Assembly: GCA_035574275.1 (NCBI GenBank)
Contig: DATLYY010000017.1
Location: forward strand, 1,057 to 65,056
Source: Verrucomicrobiia bacterium
GTDB lineage: Bacteria; Zixibacteria; MSB-5A5; DSPP01
Length of the DNA stretch: 64,000 nt
Direction: 5' to 3'
Shown: one piece after another, positions 16,939 to 26,322 of the stretch
Layout of the letters: every line of letters begins with the position of its first letter
How positions within the stretch are numbered: position 1 is the stretch's first letter
Notes under the pieces: generated by a model
Told to the model about the DNA's origin: nothing
The model's input: the letters and a program-made list of their open reading frames with translations, nothing else
The model's database searches: none
Position numbers and translations under genes: made by a program

Positions 16939-18732
16939 TCAGAATTCCACGCGCACATTGAGCCGGTTTAAAACGGCGTTGTCAATACGGGGCGCAAAAG
17001 CGTCACCTGGATTGAACAGCCCAAAACTGTAACCTATATTAAAGCGCCGCCAAATTTTTTCTACACCAATAATAAAATCGATTTCCCAGCCCAGATCCTT
17101 GGACACGGCGTTAGGGACGACCGGCGGCGTGATTAAATTGGAACGGACGTTGTTGTCCAGCCGGTGCTGGCGGTAGGTGTGAAAGACCGCATCGACTGAG
17201 ACCTGCTTGTGGGGGCGGAAGCCCGCGGCGGCGGTCAGAACCTGCAAATTGGCCAGCTCGGGGTCCAAAACCTCGCCGTAGTATTGAAAATTGGCAAACC
17301 CGCCGAAGCGCCCGGAGTTGTCCTCGTAGCCGGTCTGGCGAAACTCCTGTGAAATGGTATCACTGCTGCTCTTGTCGCCGGAGCCCAAAGCATATCCCAA
17401 AGTCAAGCTGGGCCGAAAGGAAAAATTCGTCGCGGCAAAGGTGGCTCCCGCATCAAAGGCATACGCCTCCTGATCCCGCTGCTTGTCGGTACCGCGCAAA
17501 AGCGAGGCCTGCACCCAGCCAGTTACAAATTTCTTCGGGCGGCCGTAATAGGAAAGCCCCCAATAGACCGGCTCCCGGTTGCGGAGGTCGGAGTCCCAGC
17601 GTTTCAGCATATACACGTTCGCCTCGTTTTTTCCATCAGGAATAAATCGAACCCGGAAGAGCAAATCATCCCACGTGCGGTATTTCTCGTTCTTAAAAGG
17701 AAAAAGGGAGGGAAGAAAAGAGGCCTCCAAAACCACCGGCTGGGTTTCATAAACATAAAGCCGTACGGCATCCAGATATTCGTCAAAAAGCCACTCCCGT
17801 TTATCCCGCACGCGCTGTTTGCCGACCATCAAAGCCGCCTTTCGTCCCGCCGGGGCGCGCAAGAGCAGGTAGGCCTGAATGGCTTGAAATTCAAACCGGG
17901 TGGACTCCGCCGTGGAGGGGCGGTTCGGAAAGGTACCGAAGGTGTATTTTTTCCGCAGCCGCAGCTGAAAGAAGCTTTGCACCTCCGGTGCCCAGTTGCC
18001 TGCCGCCTCCAGCCGCAGGGCCGGTTCGGTATCCTGATAATCATCCTCCTGCACGTCGGAAAGGGTGTAACTTTTTTCCAAGCGCGTGGTCTGGCGGTAA
18101 TCGCCGGAGAAAAGCATCCGTTCCCCCACGCGAATGTGGGGAACGTTGGCGCTCCCTTCGTCGGCGGTCAGGTTGCCGAAAAGTTCCTCTTCCAGATAGC
18201 GGGCCGAGCCATACAGGTCGGTTTCCTCGGTCACCAGAATTTTCAGGCCGGAAATCTCGATGGTGTCCGGCGGTTTGCTGTCGAAAGCCATTCGGGTTAT
18301 CGTCCCCTTAATTTTGTCCGACGCCTTGATTTCGTTCCAGTCGATTTTGTCCGCCGCCCAAGCGCCAGATTTGCTCACGTTGCAGGTAACTTCCAGCCGC
18401 ATTCCCTCCTTCAAATTTTCCAGCCCGCCGGCGCTTTCCCCCCTTGCCGGGAAAAGGGTTTTGGCATCCACTTTGATTTTTAATCCGAAGAGAAGGAAGG
18501 AGGAATCGGCTTTGTTCAACTTTTCGATGGCGCCGCGCAGCTTGGGCCGGCGGGCTTCCGCCAGTTTTTCCACCGACTTGGCGTCAAAGATGCCCTTGTT
18601 CCAGCTGCCGGAAACCTCCACGCCATCCCCTTCTTTCAGCTTGGTATAGGGCCCGGCTTCCGTGCTCTTGATTCCCCCAAGCGTCAGGGCAAAGGCAAAA
18701 AGCCCCGGCACCATCCAGATTCTACTCAACAT
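16939..18732 (-). CDS. Outer-membrane beta-barrel protein (C-terminal …RLNVRVEF; possibly an alginate-export-like polysaccharide porin) with an N-terminal periplasmic DUF5666-like domain
   Basis: Signal peptide. The N-terminal ~180 aa is paralogous to the upstream ORF 18732-19367 (…RRPKLRGAIEKL…LFGLKIKVD…ENLKEGMRLEVT…IKASDKIKGTITRMAFDSKPPDTIEISGLKILV). The C-terminal ~400 aa has alternating amphipathic strands and ends in aromatic F. The start overlaps the upstream stop (TGATG). Confidence 0.7.
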   Translation of the reverse strand: MLSRIWMVPGLFAFALTLGGIKSTEAGPYTKLKEGDGVEVSGSWNKGIFDAKSVEKLAEARRPKLRGAIEKLNKADSSFLLFGLKIKVDAKTLFPARGESAGGLENLKEGMRLEVTCNVSKSGAWAADKIDWNEIKASDKIKGTITRMAFDSKPPDTIEISGLKILVTEETDLYGSARYLEEELFGNLTADEGSANVPHIRVGERMLFSGDYRQTTRLEKSYTLSDVQEDDYQDTEPALRLEAAGNWAPEVQSFFQLRLRKKYTFGTFPNRPSTAESTRFEFQAIQAYLLLRAPAGRKAALMVGKQRVRDKREWLFDEYLDAVRLYVYETQPVVLEASFLPSLFPFKNEKYRTWDDLLFRVRFIPDGKNEANVYMLKRWDSDLRNREPVYWGLSYYGRPKKFVTGWVQASLLRGTDKQRDQEAYAFDAGATFAATNFSFRPSLTLGYALGSGDKSSSDTISQEFRQTGYEDNSGRFGGFANFQYYGEVLDPELANLQVLTAAAGFRPHKQVSVDAVFHTYRQHRLDNNVRSNLITPPVVPNAVSKDLGWEIDFIIGVEKIWRRFNIGYSFGLFNPGDAFAPRIDNAVLNRLNVRVEF

Positions 18733-19367
18733 CAGTCCCTCCTGTTAAGATTTTTAACCGCCTGATATTTGACTCCGGTCGAAACGGCGGCGGCTTTTTC
18801 CGCCGCTCCAGGAGTAAATGTGGGGGACTCCGTTCCCCACGGCCCGAAAAGGTCCGTCCCCTCCACGACCAAAATTTTAAGGCCCGAAATTTCAAAGGTG
18901 TCCGGCGGGGTGCCATCGAAGGCCAGACGGGTCACTGTCCCTTTCACCTTGTCCGAGGCCTTCAGTTTGCCGATTTCGATTTTCCGGGCAATCCAGTTTC
19001 CGTTCTCGTCCACCCGCGAGGTGACCTCCAAGCGCATTTTTACTTTCAAGTTTTCGAAACGCATGGCCTGGCCGCCGTTGTCCATAAATTCGGTTTTGTC
19101 GTCCACCTTGATTTTCATTCCGAAGAGGACAAAACTTTTTTCCTGCGGCAAAAGCTTGAAGATGGCCCCGCGCAGCTTGGGGCGGCGGGGATCCGGCAGC
19201 TTTTCAATGTCGTCGGCTGTGAAAACACCGGCTTTTTTGTCCCATTCGCCGTCCACCTCCACGGCGTCCCCCACTTTCAGCTTCATATACTCCGGCTTGG
19301 GGGAGGCCGCAGCCGGGGCGATTAAAAAGAGCAAAAGCGACGGGACTACAAAAAACTTCTTACGCAT
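18732..19367 (-). CDS. Periplasmic DUF5666-like protein (paralogue of the N-domain of the downstream outer membrane protein)
   Basis: Start chosen at the internal ATG (MRKKFFVVPSLLLFLIAPAAASP; GAGGAG RBS). It is ~60% identical to the N-domain of the 16939-18732 protein over two sub-repeats (GTVTRLAFDGTPPDTFEISGLKILV). Confidence 0.65.
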   Translation of the reverse strand: MRKKFFVVPSLLLFLIAPAAASPKPEYMKLKVGDAVEVDGEWDKKAGVFTADDIEKLPDPRRPKLRGAIFKLLPQEKSFVLFGMKIKVDDKTEFMDNGGQAMRFENLKVKMRLEVTSRVDENGNWIARKIEIGKLKASDKVKGTVTRLAFDGTPPDTFEISGLKILVVEGTDLFGPWGTESPTFTPGAAEKAAAVSTGVKYQAVKNLNRRD

Positions 19368-20667
19368 AATCTTCTCCTCGCAGGTTTTTTTCCGACTGTT
19401 CCAAAAGGGGTAACGCCAGTTTTTTCCAGCGCGGGCGCAGGGAATACAGGCAGGCCAGCCGCAGAAGAGTGGCGGCCTCCCACCAGACAGTTCTTTTCTG
19501 AAACGCCTCACTCACACCTACCTGCTGGCACGACCGGTATGCTTCAAGAAAATTCGCCCGGGCCTCTCCGGTCGTCTTTTCGGGAAGGGCGTTCTGTTTG
19601 CCCCGCAAAACGAGATGGGCCAAAAAATTTCCAACATCCACGGCTGGATCGCCCAAAGCCAACGTGTCCGTATCCAAAAGGGTGATGCGGTTGGCGCCGA
19701 CCAAAAGCTGTTTGTCGTAAAAATCACGGTGTACGAGCACGGTCTCTTTTTCCGCCACGGCGGGAGTGCGGGTCTCCAGCTGTTGCCAAACGCCCTCAAT
19801 ACTCTCGCGCAAGACCGGATAGATTTGGGCCGTTTCCAGGGCGAGTGTTTTCAACTGTGCCTGCGCCTCCTCAACCGAAAACGTTGGAAGGTTGGGTAGT
19901 TTTGCTCTATGCAGCCGTTGCAGCACGAGCCCGGTCGAGCGGCAGGCGGAAACGTAGGGCCCCGTCCCGACCAAATCATGCAGGGAGAGATCAAAAACTG
20001 CCTCCAGCCACAATACCCCTTCCGGCGTGACGGCAAGCGGATGCGGAACTCGGATGTTATTGTCGCTTGTGGCACCAAAACCGTTTTTCTCGAGCGCTTG
20101 CAATTCTTCGAAAAGCCCAGCAGCCTTTTCAGGTCGCACCAGCTTGGCCACCAAGGAAACGGTTCGAGTTCGCTCTTGTACGCTCACGCTCAGAGTCCCG
20201 CGCCGTTCCAATCGGTAGCCCAAAACCTCCACTTTCGCCAGTTGCGCCGTGCCGTTCAGGCCAATGGCTCCGGCCAGGGGTTGCAAAAGACGGGGGCCGG
20301 AGGCTGAATCAAAGAATTGCGCCAGCATTTTCAACTTCGAGTCGAAAGGAAAGATCGGCACCACCAGCCGAATATCAGATACAAAAAAGGCGTTTGGCTC
20401 CTTGGCATAGGCCGGAATCATATCGGCAGGGGATAAAAGGCGGCCGAAGAAAATCCGGGGTTGGCTGCCGTCCTCATCCACGGTCGAGAAACGATACTGA
20501 ACAAGAAATTTTCCTTCCCGCTTGGGAATGACCCGGGGAATATGGAAATTTTCTATCGCAACCGGACGGCCCCAGAGCCGGGTTAGGTGGGTCTGAAAAA
20601 TTGATTGCATTTCCGCCTCGTTGGTGGCGGATGCGAGATAGGAATAGGCCGGGCTTGTTTTCAGCAT
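19360..20667 (-). CDS. Aminoglycoside-phosphotransferase/protein-kinase-like fold protein (APH/CHK-family putative small-molecule or sugar kinase), atypical catalytic loop
   Basis: C-lobe motifs VLVHRDFYDKQLLV (HRD catalytic loop with Gln where Asn normally sits) and LLDTDTLALGDPAVDVGNFLAHL (DxD-based loop replacing the DFG-equivalent). ATG with a GAGGAA RBS. Overlaps the upstream gene by 8 nt. Confidence 0.7.
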   Translation of the reverse strand: MLKTSPAYSYLASATNEAEMQSIFQTHLTRLWGRPVAIENFHIPRVIPKREGKFLVQYRFSTVDEDGSQPRIFFGRLLSPADMIPAYAKEPNAFFVSDIRLVVPIFPFDSKLKMLAQFFDSASGPRLLQPLAGAIGLNGTAQLAKVEVLGYRLERRGTLSVSVQERTRTVSLVAKLVRPEKAAGLFEELQALEKNGFGATSDNNIRVPHPLAVTPEGVLWLEAVFDLSLHDLVGTGPYVSACRSTGLVLQRLHRAKLPNLPTFSVEEAQAQLKTLALETAQIYPVLRESIEGVWQQLETRTPAVAEKETVLVHRDFYDKQLLVGANRITLLDTDTLALGDPAVDVGNFLAHLVLRGKQNALPEKTTGEARANFLEAYRSCQQVGVSEAFQKRTVWWEAATLLRLACLYSLRPRWKKLALPLLEQSEKNLRGEDYA

Positions 20668-22109
20668 AAAAGTTCCTCAAGCGCCCGTAAAATCTCCTTT
20701 GTTTTTTTCGCCCATTCGGCTTCCAGGTGGCGGAAGGGGGAAACGGCCAGGAAGAAAAGCGAAAGTGCCGTCCACCAGTCAAGTTCTTTCGGTTCGATTT
20801 CGGCCTTGGCCCAGTCCGCATACGCTTCCGCCCAGCGCTGCGTCAACTCCAGACCGTTTTGCAAACGGCCTTCCAGTTCAAGCAATCGCAAATGGGCCGC
20901 AAAATTTCCCACGTCGGCCAAGGGGTTTCCAGCATGGCTGCGGTCGAAATCCACAAAACTGACCTTTTCCCCGTCGATGAGCACCTGCCCGTAATGGAAA
21001 TCACCGTGAACAAAAGCGGCGGCGAATTGGGAGTCCGGTGTTTGTTCCTCGAGTTTTACATATACTTTTTCGATTAAAGATGTTTGTTCGGGCAGAAGTG
21101 CCGCCAGCATTTTTTGGGTCTCGTTGGCTTCGGCCAAAAAGTCTGCGGGCCGCCAAACGGAGAGCTTTTCATCAGATAGTGCGTGCAGAGCGGCCAATGC
21201 GGCGGCCGTTCGCTCAAGGGCCTGTGAAGTTGCCGCTGTTACGAGCAACTCAAGAAGCGGTTTGCCGTGCAGTGCTTCCATCAATAAGATTTGGTGCTCC
21301 GGCTCATAGCCATAGGGAGTGGGTGTGGTCAGGAGGGTTTCCTTGGACAAACTCTTCTTCAAAAACTGCATCCGTCGGAAGACCTCTTCCCCCTGTCTTT
21401 CCCCGTACACTCGCCAAAACACTTCGATTTTTCGCTTTTCCTCCGTTTGGTGATGAATGGCCTTCGTTTCCGAACGGAAAACCGCCCGGCGCTCCGGCTT
21501 ATAGCGAACCAGTTCCGTCTTCAGCCGTTTGTCGGAAAGCCGCCAGATTTCGGCAGGATAGGACGTGAGATGTTCATACAAAAAACGTTGAAATTTCTTT
21601 GGCTCCTCCAAAATGCGCAACCCGTCCAAGAGGGCGTCGTTCGGAAAGGCAAAAAGCAAAGCCGCGGCGGCATCCCAGCGCATCACGGAGGGGGCATAGG
21701 GAACGTCCACCCAGCGGTGGTTTTCAGCCTTGGTGGCGGCCAAAAGATATCCGTTGGTCGTCATCCCCTTGGCGTAGAAAACAACCGGCTTGCGCCCTCC
21801 CGTTTCCGGATTTTTTCGTTCAAACTCATAGGCCGCAAGGCAGCTTGTTTTCGGTTTGTAACGCACATAGAAAATGCGGCCCCCTTCCACTTCGACGCCG
21901 GAATCCCCAAGCGCTTCGCGGGCTTTCGCCGCATCCATAACGAACGGCAGGCCGGTCAAAACCTCCTCCGGCGGCAGAGGAATTTTACTCACCGGCGACG
22001 GCGGACTCGAATAGATTTCGCTTTTCATTTTGACCAAGCCATTCCTGGTAGAAAGCAAAAAATTTCCCTTTTTTGTCAAGCAATTCCTCAACCGTTCCCT
22101 GTTCCGCAA
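20661..22109 (-). CDS. Second APH/kinase-like fold protein (paralogue), start uncertain
   Basis: VHGDFHYGQVLIDGEKVSFVDFDRSHAGNPLADVGNFAAHL matches the APH Brenner motif HGDxxxxN…D with Gln in the Asn position. The ORF-track start at 22109 is a TTG. ATG candidates at 22028 or 21938 would reduce overlap with the ABC gene. Confidence 0.65.
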   Translation of the reverse strand: MRNRERLRNCLTKKGNFLLSTRNGLVKMKSEIYSSPPSPVSKIPLPPEEVLTGLPFVMDAAKAREALGDSGVEVEGGRIFYVRYKPKTSCLAAYEFERKNPETGGRKPVVFYAKGMTTNGYLLAATKAENHRWVDVPYAPSVMRWDAAAALLFAFPNDALLDGLRILEEPKKFQRFLYEHLTSYPAEIWRLSDKRLKTELVRYKPERRAVFRSETKAIHHQTEEKRKIEVFWRVYGERQGEEVFRRMQFLKKSLSKETLLTTPTPYGYEPEHQILLMEALHGKPLLELLVTAATSQALERTAAALAALHALSDEKLSVWRPADFLAEANETQKMLAALLPEQTSLIEKVYVKLEEQTPDSQFAAAFVHGDFHYGQVLIDGEKVSFVDFDRSHAGNPLADVGNFAAHLRLLELEGRLQNGLELTQRWAEAYADWAKAEIEPKELDWWTALSLFFLAVSPFRHLEAEWAKKTKEILRALEELLC

Positions 22110-23847
22110 CCCGTCCGGCTTCGAGGTAGACCACCTGGTTGGCTAAATTCAAAAAATTGAGTCGGTGGGTTATCAAAAGCAGGGTGCGTCCCTCCTTCAA
22201 GGCCGAAAGCGCCTCCTGGGCCACCTTTTCCGCCTGCGGGTCCAGCCCGGTGGCCGGTTCGTCAAAAATCATGATGCGCGAATCCCGCAGGGCGGCACGG
22301 GCGAAGGTGATGCGCTGGCGCTGCCCGCCGGAAAGGGTCTGGCCGCCTTCTCCCACCAGGGTGTTATACCCCTCCGGCAAGTTATGGATAAACTCGTCCG
22401 CCCCCACTTTGCGGGCGGCCGCTATGATTTCGTCAAAACCCGCCTTCGGATTACCGAAGGCGATGTTTTCCATAATGGAGGTGCGGAATAAAAACGCCTC
22501 CTGTGAGAGTGAAGTGATTTGCTTGCGCAAGGATTTGATGCGGTACTCCCCGATTGGCAGCCCGTCCAGATAAATACTCCCCCTGGAGGGGTCGTACAGC
22601 CGCAAGATGAGCTTGGCGATGGTCGACTTCCCCGCGCCGCTCGGCCCGATGATGGCGGTGGTCTTGCCGGCCGGCAATGTAAAGCTCACCTCTTCCAATG
22701 CCGGTTGTCCCGGCTGATAGGCGAAGCGCACCTTGTCGAAGCGAATTTCACCTCTGATATCCCGGGCGGAAATCCCCTCCGGCCGATCGATGACTTCCGG
22801 CTGAATGTGCAGAATTTCCAAAATCCGCTCCCCGCAAACGGTGGCCTTGGCAGTGCGGGCTGAAAGCTGTGCCACGTCTCGTAACGGCTTGTAGGAAGTC
22901 CGTAAATAGGAAAGAAAAATCAATAGATTACCGGCGGTAAGCTGTCCGGCCAGAACCTGCTTGACACCGAAAAATAAAACTAAGACCGTTCCCAAAGCAG
23001 TCAAAACATCCACCCAGCGGGAATAGGCCGCTTCCAGCTTGGTCGCCTTGAGCCCCGCTTTGACGTCGGAGGAAACCGATTTCCCCAACAATTTTTCGTG
23101 CCATTTTTCCCGGCCGAAAACCTTGGTCACGCTGATGCCGGAAACTCCCTCGTAGGCGGCAGCGGAAAGCTGCCCTTCCTTTTTGCGCGCTCGGCGGGAG
23201 GCCTCCTTGATTTTTCCAGAAAAGCGGAAAGTCGTCAAAAAAAGAAAGGGCATCACGGCAAAGGCCAGAAGCGTCAGTTTCCAGTTCATATAAACCATCA
23301 GCCCAAGCATTCCCAAAACGATGAAAATCCGGCTCCCCAAGGTGATGAAAATCGAAGTCAAAAGCTCTTTCAATAGATTGATGTCCCCGGTCAGCCGCAT
23401 CAAAAGCTCGCCGGTCTGGCGGTAATCGTGGTAGCTTTGCGGCAGGCGCTGGATGTGGGAAAAAAGCTCCAGCCGGATGGCACCGGAGAGTTTCTGGCCG
23501 ACGGAGGCAAACAAAACGTTCTGGGCGTAGGAGAAAAGCGCCCCCAAGAGGGCCAATAGAATCACTCCGCCGGCCGCCAGAGTCAAAACCGCCATCGGGT
23601 CCCATTGGGAAAGTGGAGCCAAAAAGCTCCAATCCTTGTGCGCACGGGAAGGAATCAAGATGTAGTCGAAAACAATCTTCAGCGGCCAGGGGCGGGCCAG
23701 CTCCACCAAAGCCAGACCCAAAAGCGAAAGTCCGCCCAACGCCAAGCTTTTTTTATGCGGCTTTAGGTGTTTGCCGAAATGGTGGAAAATCCGGGAAAGT
23801 CCGGCCCAGTCCACTCGCGCAAATGGGGATTTGAATTTGAAGGCCAT
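21985..23847 (-). CDS. ABC exporter, fused transmembrane and ATP-binding domains (MsbA/ABCB-like half transporter)
   Basis: Six-TM N-domain followed by an NBD: Walker A GPSGAGKST, signature LSGGQRQRITFARA, Walker B IMIFDEPATGLD. Start taken at MAFKFKSPFARVDW. Confidence 0.85.
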   Translation of the reverse strand: MAFKFKSPFARVDWAGLSRIFHHFGKHLKPHKKSLALGGLSLLGLALVELARPWPLKIVFDYILIPSRAHKDWSFLAPLSQWDPMAVLTLAAGGVILLALLGALFSYAQNVLFASVGQKLSGAIRLELFSHIQRLPQSYHDYRQTGELLMRLTGDINLLKELLTSIFITLGSRIFIVLGMLGLMVYMNWKLTLLAFAVMPFLFLTTFRFSGKIKEASRRARKKEGQLSAAAYEGVSGISVTKVFGREKWHEKLLGKSVSSDVKAGLKATKLEAAYSRWVDVLTALGTVLVLFFGVKQVLAGQLTAGNLLIFLSYLRTSYKPLRDVAQLSARTAKATVCGERILEILHIQPEVIDRPEGISARDIRGEIRFDKVRFAYQPGQPALEEVSFTLPAGKTTAIIGPSGAGKSTIAKLILRLYDPSRGSIYLDGLPIGEYRIKSLRKQITSLSQEAFLFRTSIMENIAFGNPKAGFDEIIAAARKVGADEFIHNLPEGYNTLVGEGGQTLSGGQRQRITFARAALRDSRIMIFDEPATGLDPQAEKVAQEALSALKEGRTLLLITHRLNFLNLANQVVYLEAGRVAEQGTVEELLDKKGKFFAFYQEWLGQNEKRNLFESAVAGE

Positions 23848-23848
23848 A

Positions 23849-25042
23849 TTATCTTTTATCCACCAGCGATTTGAAAATCGCTTCGACATTCTTCAAACGA
23901 TTTTTCCAGCTATGCTTTTCACAGGCAGCTTTTTGTGCCTGTTTTCCCAACTGTTCTCCCAACTTTCGTTCGCTTTTTAAGCGAAGCAGAGCGGAGACCA
24001 ACGCTTCCGGGTTTTCCGGCGGAACCAAAAGGGCGTTCTTGCCGTCCTCTAAAATTTCTGCCACCTGCCCGATTCGGGAAGCCACAATCGGGCGTCCCGC
24101 CGCCATATACTCAAAAATCTTGAGCGGGGAGAAATAGAAGCCGTCCATCCGCGGATAGGGTGCGACCAAGGCGTCCAGCATTTTTAGTGTTTTTGGAATC
24201 TGTTCAAAATCGACCGCGCCGGTGAAAGCGACCCGGCGTTGAAGATTCAGCTTTTGGGACAATTTCTCCAAAGAGGGGCGCAAAGGCCCTTCACCGACGA
24301 TTTTCAGTTCAAAACCCTCGCTTTCCGGCAACCGTCGGAACGCCTCCAGCAAAAACTCCAGCCCATGCCACGGCTTCAAGCTGCCGACAAATCCGACAGT
24401 GAACTTCTTCTTCCTACTCTTTTCTGGTTTTCCGTTCGAGGCCCGAACTTTAAGAAAGGGCCTGACGTCGACACCGTTCGGCACAACCGTAACAGCCGCC
24501 TTGGGCGCAACGGAATGAATGTAATCCTTGACCGCATCGGAAACGGCCACAAGATGGCCGGCGTTGGAAAAAAGATATGCCTCTACCGCCTTGGCCAGCG
24601 GTTCCAGCGCCAACTGTCGGTTGGTCTTCGCCTCCTCCACCAAGGGGGAGTTGACTTCCAGAACAAAGGGGAGCCGGCTTTCCTTTGAAAAGGAAAGCCC
24701 GGCAATGCCGAAAAGCGAATAGCGCTCATACACCAAATCAAACTTTTTGGTTTTTACCTGCTTCAAAAGCTTCCGCAAGCCAAAGTTTTGCGCAAACGCC
24801 TTGCTTTCAGCCAGAAGATGAAATTCTTTTGAGTTTTCCTGGTGGAAAAAGTCCGCTTCTACTTTCGGCAGCTCAAAAATATCTTTGGCCTTCTTATTTG
24901 AATCGCCGAGTCGAGCTACAACCGTCGTCACTTTATACCCCGTTTCCTTGAGCGCTTTGGTAAATTCCCGGATGTGGATGGAAGCCCCCTTCGTTCCCCA
25001 GTATGGAATGCCGGAGTCAAATGACAAGTACAGAATCTTCAT
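23849..25042 (-). CDS. Glycosyltransferase family 4 (GT-B, retaining)
   Basis: GT4 C-terminal motifs (…ALVAPYPRMDGFYFSPLKIFEYMAAGRPIVASRIGQVAEIL…); 397 aa; overlaps neighbours by 4 nt. Confidence 0.85.
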   Translation of the reverse strand: MKILYLSFDSGIPYWGTKGASIHIREFTKALKETGYKVTTVVARLGDSNKKAKDIFELPKVEADFFHQENSKEFHLLAESKAFAQNFGLRKLLKQVKTKKFDLVYERYSLFGIAGLSFSKESRLPFVLEVNSPLVEEAKTNRQLALEPLAKAVEAYLFSNAGHLVAVSDAVKDYIHSVAPKAAVTVVPNGVDVRPFLKVRASNGKPEKSRKKKFTVGFVGSLKPWHGLEFLLEAFRRLPESEGFELKIVGEGPLRPSLEKLSQKLNLQRRVAFTGAVDFEQIPKTLKMLDALVAPYPRMDGFYFSPLKIFEYMAAGRPIVASRIGQVAEILEDGKNALLVPPENPEALVSALLRLKSERKLGEQLGKQAQKAACEKHSWKNRLKNVEAIFKSLVDKR

Positions 25043-26322
25043 ACGTCTTTCCCAGCCAGCGAGGCAGCGGGCGTTTCGGCGTGAATGCCCGGCAAGCTGT
25101 TTTCCACTGACTGCCGGTAATAGCTCTCCAAAGTCGCCGCGCTTTTTTTCAAATCAAACCGCTCTTCTGCCTTCTTTCTTCCTTCCCGTGCCAAACGGGC
25201 CGCCCAATCAGGAGAGGAAAGTGTTTTCTCGATGGCTTCGGCCAAAGCCGCCGGATTGTTCGGCGGCACCAAAAGCCCATTTTTTCCGTCATTCACAATT
25301 TCCGGTATCCCGGAAACGGTGGTGGAAACGACTGGACAGCCGGTTCCCAGCGCTTCCAAAAGCACGGTCGGCAGAGCATCCTGATTGCCGTCGGCATCCA
25401 CCGTGCAGGGAAGGGCCAAAAGCGACGCCCGCTTTAAATGGGGAAGCACCTCGGCCTGGGTCTTGGGGCCCGCAAAGCAAACGAGACCGTCCAAACCCAA
25501 TTCACGGTTTCTGGCTTCAAGTGAACTCGCTTGTTCCCCCTGGCCGATAATAACGCAGCGGAAGGGGATTCTCTTTTGTTTCAAAATGGCGCAGGCTTCC
25601 AAAAGGTCGGGAAAGCCCTTTTTGGGTACCAGCCGGCCGATGGAAAGGATAAGATTTTTTTCTCTTTGCAGATCCGGTTCATAATTGAAAAAATCCAAAT
25701 TGATGCCGTTGTATAAAACCTTGATTTTTTCCGCCGGAACCGAAGGATAAGTCGATGTCAAGTAACGGCGGTTGAACTCTGTGACCGTAATTACAAAACC
25801 GGCGGCTTTAAGCTTTTCCTTCAGCATTTTCTGGTTGACGGAGTCCTGAAAAATATCCTTGGCGTGGGCGGTAAAGCTGAAAGGCAACCCGGAAATCCGG
25901 CTCGTAAAGTAGGCCGCCGTTGAAGGCAGGCTGGCAAAATGGGCGTGCAGGTGCCCCAGCCCGCTCTTTACGGCGATAGCGGCCGCCCAGGCGGTGCCGA
26001 AAAAGAGTTCCATAAGCTGGGGATCGTTTTGGGGAATCAGCGTCTCCAAAAGTTTCCAAAGCTCGGCACGACAGGGAGAAAGGGTGGGCCAGTTTTCAGC
26101 CAAAACGGCCCACCCTTTTTTGGGCTCAAGTTCGTCCAGATAGTAAACCGGCGCTTTGATTTCGGCGGTCTGTGGATGAAACCGTCCTTCGTTCGGCTTT
26201 TTCAAGGAAAAAATGGTGACCTCCACTCCCCGGCGCTCCAGCTCCAGAATTTCGTTCAAAATGAAGGTCTCCGAAAGCCGGGGGTACATTTTGACGAAGT
26301 AACCGACTTTGAGTGGATTCAT
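25039..26322 (-). CDS. Glycosyltransferase family 4 (WcaL-like)
   Basis: N-terminus MNPLKVGYFVKMYPRLSETFILNEILELERRG is typical of the WcaL-like GT4 subgroup; E-x7-E region EALGTGCPVVSTTVSGIPEIV. Confidence 0.85.
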   Translation of the reverse strand: MNPLKVGYFVKMYPRLSETFILNEILELERRGVEVTIFSLKKPNEGRFHPQTAEIKAPVYYLDELEPKKGWAVLAENWPTLSPCRAELWKLLETLIPQNDPQLMELFFGTAWAAAIAVKSGLGHLHAHFASLPSTAAYFTSRISGLPFSFTAHAKDIFQDSVNQKMLKEKLKAAGFVITVTEFNRRYLTSTYPSVPAEKIKVLYNGINLDFFNYEPDLQREKNLILSIGRLVPKKGFPDLLEACAILKQKRIPFRCVIIGQGEQASSLEARNRELGLDGLVCFAGPKTQAEVLPHLKRASLLALPCTVDADGNQDALPTVLLEALGTGCPVVSTTVSGIPEIVNDGKNGLLVPPNNPAALAEAIEKTLSSPDWAARLAREGRKKAEERFDLKKSAATLESYYRQSVENSLPGIHAETPAASLAGKDV

